Positions 20,862 through 30,072 of a DNA stretch of 30,072 bases are shown piece after piece (the first letter of the stretch is position 1; the number at the start of each line of letters is the position of its first letter). The stretch is from an uncultured delta proteobacterium (GTDB taxonomy: Bacteria > Myxococcota_A > Polyangia > Polyangiales > Polyangiaceae), in contig CAVXQJ010000016.1 in assembly GCA_963763745.1 (NCBI GenBank), positions 577,029 through 607,100 on the forward strand. Reading direction: 5' to 3'. The translations under genes and the position numbers were made by a program. The notes under the pieces are model-generated. The model saw only the letters and a list, made by a program, of their open reading frames with translations. It was not told the origin of the DNA and ran no database searches.

Positions 20862-23800
20862 CGCGCATTCCCAATGACGCTTCATTGGCGGCACACCGCC
20901 GCGCGCATTTGCATCGCGCCACGCAACTCGACCGACGTGAAGGACAACCGCGGCCGCTGGCGTACGGCGATTGTGGAGCAGCATCAAGTACTGGTGTAGA
21001 AGCGCTGGCTTCGCGCAGACAATCCGGCAATCGCCGCGGTGCTCCGCGCGCGTCGTCAAAGATCAAACGCCCCGACCACGCTGACCGATAACGAGCTCGC
21101 AGGGCGCAGCAATGGCGAGCAGGTGCAAGTGCAGCTACAAAGCCTTCGGGACCGCGCGCGTAGGCGCCGCTTCTCATCACGCCTCGCTTCAAGAACGTGG
21201 ACACGGTGATCAAACCAGCCAAGAAACACCCCAAAGCGCGACATGCTCCGCGTGTCTTGGCGTGGGAGGCGCGACGCCTCGGTGCGCGCGAAGTGTCGCG
21301 AGCTCGCGGGGGCACGTGGGACACCCGCGACGTCGAAGTCCACGAGCACCTCGCCTACGCGTTCTTCAACAACGATGCGTGGCGCGCGCAGGCCGCCGCG
21401 GAGAGAATCAACCAAGCGCCGAAGTTCAACTCGAGGGCAGCTCGCGATCGGGTACGACAAGGACGCGATGCGCACGCTCCGTCGCGCGCGCGACGAAGAG
21501 CGACGCAATCGCGTAGCCCGAGGAATCGTACCGTCGCTCGGCGAGGACGCACTACCCATCTTGCTCTCGCTCGCGCCCGCCGCGACGGGCCACGCTCGCC
21601 GTTTGTCGCGCGGGGGCGTGGTGGGCACCAAAACAACGAAACGTCCGCGAAGCACCTCGCGAACGAAATCTCGAATCCACCGACACGGCAAGATCGTCGG
21701 CGACTACTTCACACGAACAAGAACTCGCGGCCAGCAGTGCTTCCCGCCGCGAGCGAGGGCGCATCGCGGAAAACACGAATTTCGACATGTTCCGGCGATC
21801 AGACGAGCGCCGACGCCGGCGAGACCCGGTCGCGCTCAAGGACAATCCCGGGGCGCTGCGCCAGTGCTGCGCGACGCGCCGTGTAAAAGGAGGCGCTCGC
21901 GCTTCCGAAGCTCGGGCTCGATGTCACCACCGTGGTCATCACACTCCGAGATCTCGGAAGAGAAAAGAAGAGGGGGACACCGAACTCGATAGGGCAGCGC
22001 CAGCTGCAGAGCCGTACGTGAACACAACCTAAGCTGAACGAGTTCCATAGGCGCGCAAGGCGCGAAAAGGCTCGGTGTACTCGTTCCCAGTTCGCCGAGC
22101 ACCGCCATACCAATCGAGACGGTGCTTGCCTTCTCAACGAATCGCCGGACGCTGGTCCCACACTAATCGACGTGCTGATGCTCGGCGCGGGCAGCGAGCG
22201 CGCGCTCCCCGGCCTGCACCAGGGGAGCTCGCGCCGGGTACCTCAAACGCGAGTTACGCGATGCGCATCGACGACGCGGGCATCGCGCTCGGCCTCGCTG
22301 ACAGCGGTAGGCTCGCGCGGACAACACACGTAGTAGTGGTTCGAAGCGCAGGGGGGGGCCCTCGTTCAAGCCCAGGGCTCTACCAGCACGCGTGCGTGCT
22401 CGCCCTCCGCAAGCTCGCGCGCCTCGGTCATCGCGAGGACGGTTCTCTCGTTCGTGCCGACGGAGCACGCGGCGAAAATCGCGGAGCTCCTCAATCGCGA
22501 TACGCATCTCAAAGCGCAGGTTCCCTCGCAAATGCGTGAACTTCGGGCAAGCGCACGGGCGTCAAGCACGCGCAAAAGCTCATGTTTCACCGAGAGAGCA
22601 GACGAGCAGGTGATGGAGATGCCTCTGTTCTCACCAAAAATCGAACCATTACACAGCCTCGAGGACTTGAAAGCTGCATGCAATCCAGAACTCGGCTCAG
22701 CGAGGAGATGGTGTGTGGGGGAGGCTCTCGCCGCGTTCGCGGACAGCACCAAGGCGAGATCGCGACAAGATGCACTCGAGTGAATGCGTTGGTCACTCGT
22801 TCATTTCGCGAACGACCTCGTGATTCGTCGCCTCACGCCCGCGCTCAAGCGCGCGACAAATTCATAGCGTCCTCGAGCACCTCGCGATTCGCAGCATGGA
22901 AACCGCATCAATGGAGGGGATCCGCGACCGCGCACGAACGCGGCGACGCTCCACACTCGATGCGCAACGTCGCGACCGGCCTCTCGAAGTACCAGTCAAC
23001 GCGATCGTCGGAGACGCTCCTCCCAACAACCGCGCTCGCCGAAGAGGGCACGACGGGGGGCTCAGCGCGCGCACGCTACACTCCGGGTGCTCGCGGCGAG
23101 TCTATTTCTCGGCGAAAAGAGGCTCACTGCGAGAGCTACCGCGCGCGCAATCGTCCATTGATCCAATCGCGGAGACCCGCCTCGCGCGCGAGCGGTGGGG
23201 GGGGGGACAAGCTTCGATCCGCGCGGGGCCAAGTCTTCGCGCTCGCGGTCTCGTCGATGCGATGCGCAGCGCTCGTCGCGTTCCCGCGGGGCGGGTCCTC
23301 GCGGGTTGGGCGAATCACCCGCTCGGCAAGCATCAAGCGCGCGCGATAGTCTGTGGCCATCAAGCGCGACGGCGCCCAGCTGCGTAGTGCGTCGCGGAAG
23401 ACAGCTCCACTCGCGTGGCATCAAAGCTCAGCAGCTCACGCTCGGCGACACCCGTAGGTCACGAGTTCACACTTGGGCGAGTTCCGAACACGAAGACGGC
23501 TCCGAACCGTGGGCGCGCACGTTGGGGGCCTACGGGCTCATTCAACCCGTCAGGGCAGGCTCGGCCCGCGCACGCCGCTCCCAATCGCGGCGGACGACGA
23601 CGCGAAGCAAGGAGATCCGGCGCGAGCTCTCGCAGCCGATTTTCTACTCCGCGTTCCACACCGTGCTCAGCGAGCAAGGCGTGAGCAACTGGGAGTGATT
23701 GAGCCGCGAGCAAGGCGGGGGACAAATCAAGGGGCACGAAGTGGATGAAGCGCCAAGACGATGTGCACTGGCTTTGGTCTCCAAGTCGTGAAGCCGCTCG

Positions 23801-23869
23801 CGGAGCTACACCCCGTCGAGCGCGCCGAAGCACTCTATTTGCTTCGCTGGTGCTCGAAAAACAACGTGA
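20862..23869 (+). pseudogene. Decayed copy of the 1000-aa protein
   Basis: ATGCGCGCATTCCCAATGACG at 20862 (MRAFPMTLHW). C-terminal VVKPLAELHPVERAEALYLLR at 23761-23848. Many frame changes and G-runs of 6-10 nt. Confidence 0.55.
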
Positions 23870-24770
23870 CGGATTTCTTATTCCGTGAGCTCCGGGAGAA
23901 TAAGACTACTCTGCGACCGGCAGGTCCGTGCGCGGCAGGTGCACAAACACACGTGCCTGCGGGGCGCGGGCGCGGGTAGTAGATGGCCGTCTCGATGCTC
24001 GCGTCCGCGAGGCGAGAGCAGACGCATCGCGCGCGTTCGAGCGCACGATGTATTGGTTGAAGACGTGCGCGCCCGAGCACCGCTTCGGCGGCTTGCTCGC
24101 GCCGGTAGGGGGGGCGAGGAGCTCGTCGAAGTGCGTCGCGTTCGCGCGCCTCTTGTTCGTGATTTCGTCCATGCAACAGAGGTTCTTCACGCGAAGGAGC
24201 GCGGGCTTGCCGCATCCATCAGGAAGTTGCCGCCGATGCACACGTGATGGTTCTTTTCGCGACGGCGCCGTGCACGCGGAACAATTCTGGCGAATCGCCG
24301 GCGAGAGCTCCGTCGTCGTCCGTCGCGGAGCGAGGGCCCGCGTCGCCGAGCGCCGGCCGATCCTGTTGCAACAGGAAAGAACGAGAAAGCGAGACGCATC
24401 CAGCGACGCGTTGCGCGGCGCGCCAATCGATTGCGCAGCATCCTCGACGAGCGCGATGCCGTGCTCGCGCGCGAGGACGCCGCTGGATGGCCTCGAGGTG
24501 CACGACTTGCCCCGACGGATACAGCAACAAAGTAGGATGGCCATTGGTTTCCGTGTAATCCTGCGCGCCGCGTCATTGTCGAGACCGAAACAGCACGGCC
24601 TCCACGTCCGCGAAGACCGGCGTCGGCGCCCCGACGATGCCGCCGTGGCCGTCGCGATGAACCTATACGCGGGGCAGAATGGCTTCATTGCAGTTTCCAG
24701 CCGATGCCAAGCGCGCGACGCGAGCAAGGTGCCCGACGACACGCCGAGTGCGCAAGACGACGCGCGCACA
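23835..24770 (-). pseudogene. Decayed copy of DegT aminotransferase
   Basis: FCPAYRFIATATAAS, HGIALVEDAAQSIGAP and RLADASIETAIYYPRP...ERSK-stop at 23835. It keeps the ~34-bp convergent overlap with the neighbouring copy. Confidence 0.55.
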
Positions 24771-25350
24771 CTCCGCGCTCAAACACTTCCGACCTTTCGC
24801 CGAGGATGTACTTCCCCGCTCTGGAGCACGCGACGAAACGCGGCCTCAAGCTCTCGGTCCCATCGCACGTCGCAGCACCATGAAGTGGAATTGCATTACC
24901 GCTTCTTCGGCGAGTACGTGAGCTTGCCCTCTGTAGGGCACGTCATCACGCCGTCCACGGTCGGCGATGGCCATGCTTGCTATCCAACCGGGCGCCTGTA
25001 GCGACCAAAGTGGGGACGTCGGCGCGAGACGATCCGCGCCCGCCGGCAATAAAGGCGTGACAAAGCCGGTGCAGCGAATGGCACACAAATACGTCCGTTC
25101 ACACACCGAGGTGGGCTGGCGCCACACCGAATGATATTGGGCTTGCAGATCTCCAAGCGCGGGTTGCGCGTTTCGTGACACACATCATCCTCCCCGACGA
25201 TGGTGCCCGTGTAGACCGACACCATATTTATGAATCTTAGCACAGAATGGTTGACATGGTTCGACGCCCGAGCACGTCCGAACTTCCGCGCCGCTGCACG
25301 TGGCGGAGTTGCCAAATGTCATCCTCGCCAATCGTACCATCGTCCTCGTG
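24770..25350 (-). pseudogene. Decayed copy of hexapeptide acetyltransferase
   Basis: ORF 24980..25315 has NMVSVYTGTIVGEDDV... matching NVSVYTGTTVEDDVF. Confidence 0.45.
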
Positions 25351-26920
25351 GATCCGCCGTCCGTGGCGTACCATCACAAATGGTGAAGTGGCACCGGCTT
25401 CAGACGCTGCGAATCCGCCCGTTCGGCACAGGCGGGGATAGGCCGGTAGTGTTCACGAGTTCGACACGATGCTCCAGCGTCTCGTTGCGCTCCGAGGACA
25501 TAGTGCGGCGCGACAAGAACAAAACCCAAAGCCGTCGCGCGCCTCTTCTCGGAAGCGCGCTGCGGCCGCGGCTGGCGTAACCCGAACGCGGTAGGGCACG
25601 CTCCTCGACGCCGGCGACATCGACGGCGTCCAGGCTTACCGCGATGAATGCATCAATAGCCAACGCTACGGCGCTCAGTTCGCGCGAGCAGCTGCAGTTG
25701 AAGCCAAGCTCCGAGTGGCTCCAAACAGCTCGCGAGCTGCGCACGCCAAGAGCATCGTGCACCGCGACGTCAAAGTCCGAGAACGTAATGGTCGCGAAGG
25801 ACGACGGCCAATCCGCGTGCTCGATTTCAGGAATAGCGGCATCGTCGCGGTGTCGACACGTCGGCGCCGAACATGCGGACGGTTGTGAGACACTGCGCAC
25901 GGCGGTTCGTCGGAACGAGCGCGTACATGAGGCGCCGGAGCAGCGCGCCGGCGCAAAGTTTCCTGCTGTGGGAGTGCGTGGCGGTGGGCGCGTGCCACAA
26001 TGGTCCCAGCACCCGGATATTCGCTGCTCCACGCGTTCTTGCGCGAGGTGCCGGTCGAGGTGAGCTTGACAATCGCGGCGCGCGATGTCGAATCGACCCC
26101 GCGCAGCGCCACGCCGACATGGCCGAGAGTCCGCGCGCGCGCTCGGCGCCACGACGGGCTCGCTTGCAATCCTCCCGAGCCAATCCGGGCGCGAAGAACA
26201 TCACGACGACCGGCCGGGCACGGTCCACGCGACGCCGCAGCAAACCTCCACCGGCAATGTTGGTCGGCTCCGCCGATCCATGGTCCACCACGGCGGCCTT
26301 CCGCGGTTGGCGCGACGCGGTCTTCTTCACCGCGCATTCGCGCGCCATCACGGCCCACGAGTGCTCCGAGCGTAATATACAGATACACCCATCACATTAC
26401 TGCAGCTCCGAGGCGCAAGCGCTCTTCCGCACGCGGTCGCAGAGCCCGCTCCGCAAGCAAGCGCGCCGACTGCCGCGACGACGTCACCGCGGGCGAGCTC
26501 GGGGTGCTTGTGTCTTCCGGTCTCCGGCAGCACGGCGGAGCCTGCTGGTCCGTCTCTCTGCAAGTGCGCCAATTCGTCCGGTGTCTCGCTCTGCAACACC
26601 GTGGACGAACGACGACTCTCCGACGTGCGCAGACGAGGGTGAATACGGCAAGACGCGAAGTTTCCGTGTGAGACGCTACACGGGCGACACGACGCGCGCC
26701 CGTAAGCTCATCAACACGCACGAGCCGAACGGGCACGCTCTCCTACAGCCTCTGCCCTGCACGGCCGGCGACGCGTTCCTCCACATGGAGGGCGCGAGCT
26801 GGGGCTTCCGCGCCGACCGCAGCCCGGCGCAAGGCACGGTCAACAACCTCCTACGCATGTCGCGACGGAAACGCGCGCGCGCGCGCCGAGGTAGACCCGT
26901 CGCGGGCGGAGGTCGGACGA
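25330..26920 (+). pseudogene. Decayed copy of receptor Ser/Thr kinase 459-2069
   Basis: NVMVAKDDGQ and VGTSAYM kinase fragments. The Cys-rich tail TPWTNDDSPTCADE...YTGDTTRARKLINTHEPNG...LPCTAGDAFLHMEGAS has frameshifts. Confidence 0.55.
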
Positions 26921-26951
26921 TGCTCGCCGCGGCGGGGCGTTGACAGGTGAC

Positions 26952-26991
26952 AAAAAACAAAACGCGCAGCATCTCGCAATGCGGCGCGTTT
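26952..26991 (-). terminator. Mirror copy of the lon terminator hairpin (6 substitutions in 80 bp relative to 361-440)
   Basis: AAACGCGCAGCATCTCGCAATGCGGCGCGTTT preceded by AAAAAAC on the top strand. It retains a stem but has one disrupted pair. Confidence 0.4.
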
Positions 26992-27011
26992 CCTTTCTTC
27001 TGGCGTTCGGC

Positions 27012-29400
27012 TCAGTTCGCCGGCGCGGGCGCAGCGGCTTCGCTGGGCTTCCGCTTGGGGCTTTTCTTCAAGCGCTGAGAGAGCACCTGCTCCATCTTCA
27101 GATTGGTGGCGAGAGCGAATTCGAGATCGCTTTCACCTCGGCGGGCACCTCGTCGAGGTCCGCCTTGTTTTCCGAAGATCCGGAACGATGACGCGCTTGA
27201 TGCCCGCAGCGGTGTGCCGCGAGGACCTTCTCCTTCAAGCCGCCAATCAGCTCCGGCCGCGCAGCCTCACCAGTCATCAGTGAGGTAGGCACTAGTGGTC
27301 AAGGTGAGCGCGGTGAATTTTTCGGAAGGGCCATATTTCGGCACCGCGCCCGGCGGGGATGTGGATGTGGATGTCACGCTTGTGGAAGTCCTTGGCGATG
27401 CCAAACTCTCCGGTCCGCGCGGGACCGTAGCTGAGGGCCGCTTGCGCAGACTGCTTCATAACATCACCGAGCTGACCCGTGAGCTGCAGCTTGCCGGAGC
27501 CGGGCCCCGCGTGCTCCCAGTCGCTTGCCCGAATAAAGGAATCTCTCCCGCCGACGCTCGTCCGTGCGCTCCGCGACTTCCGACAAGCGTTGCGCGCCGA
27601 GCACCTGCTCTTCGGTTTCGAATCTTGCATAGGCTGAGGTTCGGAGGAGCCCTGCGCGACACCGCGGATGACGCTCGCCACTTGGCGCTCGAGCGTACGA
27701 ACGCCCGGCTTCAGCGGCATCCTCTGATCCGATTGAGTGTGCATGTGGAGAGCGCCCTTGTCCGTGATGTCGAGCTGCTCTTTGGAGATGCCAGTGCTCC
27801 TCGAGCTGCTTGGATGAGGTGGCGCTTGGCGATGCGCAACTTTCTGCCACTTTTCCGGTGACACCGGGATCTCGAGGAATCTCCAGTGCGTCGCGGAGCG
27901 GACGGGAAGTAGGATCCCCAGCGATGTTGGCCGTCGCGAACAAACATCACGTCATAGGGACGCTGCGAAGGAGTAGTGAATCCGCGAAGCTCAAAGTCTG
28001 CTCGGTGGAGCAGCTTCGAGCAAATGCGGCCGCGGGGTCCTGGCGGAAAAGCAATTCAAGACCTCGTCGAAGAGCATGAAGACCAGGTAGTGGTTCCGAC
28101 CTTCTTCATGCCTTGGAATCTGCTCCGGGCAGCGCGCCAACGAACGTACTGCAGCGGCATAGTTCACGATCCACGCCTGGTCCGTGAACACCGCCAAGGC
28201 GATGCAGTCGAATTTGCGACCAAGCGAGCGCGCAATCAATCGACCAAGACGACGTCTTACCAGGGGCGAGCCGATGAGACAGAGGATCGGACCCTTCTTG
28301 TCCTTCTTCTACGAGCTTGCGAACGGCGCACGAGGATGCGCTTAGCAGCCATGGTGAAATTCATCCGAGCTCCGCAATCTGGATTATGCAGGGGTCTGCT
28401 GAGTTCACGGCAAATCGTAGAGATCCAATCAAAAATCTAATGCAGACAACGGTGTACTCCGCCGACACTCCATGTTGCGGAGGCGCTTGAGTTGCTTCTT
28501 GGCGGGGACTCCTGCCGGCCTCTTGGGAGGCTCGCCTTGGCGATTTGAAATCCTCGAGAACCATGAAGGTCCACCTTGAGATACACCATCATCCTCAGCC
28601 AACTATCTTTAATCGCCTTGAGCTGTTGAGCAGAACGTACTCGCGCTGGTTCTTGCCCATCTCTTCTTTGAGAATCTGCAAGTTGATGCGGTCGCGCATC
28701 TTGGCTGCCCGAGCTGCCGCACGTGAGAAGACGCAGCACCTTGCGGATGCGCTCTTTTCCAGCATCAACCGTCTGCGAGCAGCGCCCCACCTTCTCGTCG
28801 ACCGGCGCGTCGAGGTTCGCCGCGGACGGAATCCGCGACACACCAGGCGCTTGGAATACAATCAATAAGCGAGCCCTTCGCGCGGCAGCTCGGGCATGAG
28901 CTGGATAACTGCTTCGCGATGTCGCGGTACCGCATCGTCGCCGACGGGTTCGAGCTTGATCTTTCACCTTCATGTACGGCGCGCCTTCGTCCGCATCGCT
29001 GACTGGATGCGCGTGAGGCAAGATGAGCGAGTAGATTTCCACTCGAATACTTAAGCGCCTTCGGCACGGCGCACCGCGCACCTGATAAATGGTCTTCCAC
29101 CCGCGATAGTCGAGTCGACGGACCTGCGCGAAGAATCGCAATGATGGGCGACGTCAGATTGTCAACGTCTTCAACAAGCGCGACCCATTTCTCCGCGGCC
29201 CCGTCGAAGCGGGCGACCCGCGCCCGGAAAGAGCACGGCATTGCGAATCGCACAGCTTCATCGCCGAACACGACCGGTTCGGCAAGTGCGTCACAGCCTG
29301 CGGGCGGCGGGGGAGCTTTCCTTCTCGTCGTCGGTGGGACCTTATAGTCTATCCAATGAACTAACTCGGAAGCAGACACAAGGAAGGTCCACACAGCCAC
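27012..29400 (-). pseudogene. Decayed Lon protease gene (mirror of lon; extends beyond what the left arm shows)
   Basis: Minus-strand fragments run from C- to N-terminus. [14 protein letters not shown]...[13 protein letters not shown] (27098-27292). GKLQLTGQLGDVMKQSAQAALSY and GVRTLERQVASVIRG (27292-27864). IARSLGRKF...LVFMLFDEV of the AAA+ region (27991-28239). QREYVLL (28595-28861). GC falls from ~60% to ~50% across it. Confidence 0.55.
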
Positions 29401-30072
29401 CTCTTTTCTGGGTGCGGCGGAGCAGCATTAGAACGCGAAAACCTGCGTTGAAGTAGACATTTCTCAGCACCGAAGCCAAAGTTAGCGAAGAACTGCCTGA
29501 CTGGATGCGCAGTTCACAAGAGAGCAGACGCCGCGGAAGAAGAAGAGCTTCCCTTGGATTTGCCACGCTGAAGTGCACGCCCCTCTGCGGGCCGTCAAAG
29601 ATCAGTTGATGCCAAATCGTCGAGGCGCCGCGCGACGCGGCCGTTGCGAAACGGAAACGCCAAGTGGTCACCGCGCGGAGTGACCGTTTCGATCCATGTA
29701 GTATGATTGCGGCCGATGTCGAAGCCTTCCGCACGAAGCCGAGGACCAAGCCGTCGTGTCTGCCGGTGAAGTGGTAGCCAAACTCGAGCATCGCAGGGTG
29801 CGAATACGTTTGCGTTCCCGCCGACGGATATGCCAGTCCACACGCCGAACGAGAGCTCGCCCTTGCACGTAGAAAAGGACCACGCGTCGGAGTCTTCGAA
29901 CGCGCGCGCGGGAGACGCCGTGGAATGCGGCGCCCAAGTGCAAGGGCAGCGCTGAAGGCGGCGAGCTCGAACGCATGAGTCGGTACCTATACCGCGTCCG
30001 GTGGTATACGTGACGCATAGAAGCTGGGAATCAACTTTGGGACGACGCAGAGGCCACTGCATCAACAAATGT

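Noticed and set aside
22330-22380. tRNA-like GGTTCGAA (T-loop-like) sequence next to a G8 run
   Set aside because: There is no acceptor stem, anticodon arm or CCA context. The left-arm counterpart (~5255-5300) has no such motif. This is a chance match inside a decayed CDS copy.

Overview
The window is high-GC (~70%) bacterial DNA. The gene content (two membrane Hanks-type Ser/Thr kinases, an FHA-domain sigma54 activator, Cys-rich lipoproteins) suggests a myxobacterium-like genome; that origin is inferred, not shown.

The dominant structure is a giant imperfect palindrome. Positions 1-13910 form a left arm with mostly intact genes. In order these are: lon 3' end; a receptor-like STPK; a hexapeptide N-acetyltransferase and DegT aminotransferase pair; a 1000-aa helical protein; an FHA-sigma54 EBP; a second STPK; a membrane protein; a 19-aa Cys-repeat lipoprotein; a second lipoprotein; a divergent intergenic region with tandem 16-bp palindromes; a Nudix hydrolase; a hypothetical protein; and a PD40-like fragment.

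A unique ~110-bp centre (13911-14019) is followed by the reverse complement of the same genes in reverse order (14020 to ~27376). The window then runs on to 30072 with the remainder of a decayed lon gene.

The right arm is decayed: frameshifts every few hundred bp, a net loss of ~550 bp, new poly-G/poly-A runs, and GC falling from ~70% to ~50% towards the right edge. Differences between the arms are indel-rich and often at homopolymers, and the decay is graded along the window. This fits a technical fold-back/chimeric artefact or a constructed sequence at least as well as a natural ancient duplication.

Independently of that, the left arm carries a candidate signalling locus not described elsewhere. 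It is a tightly coupled minus-strand operon (11633 to 3725) containing a lipoprotein, a Cys-repeat lipoprotein, a membrane protein, an STPK, an FHA-sigma54 activator and a 1000-aa protein. Next to it are conserved tandem palindromic operators and a receptor STPK with a 14-Cys ectodomain.

No rRNA, tRNA, CRISPR array or transposase was found.
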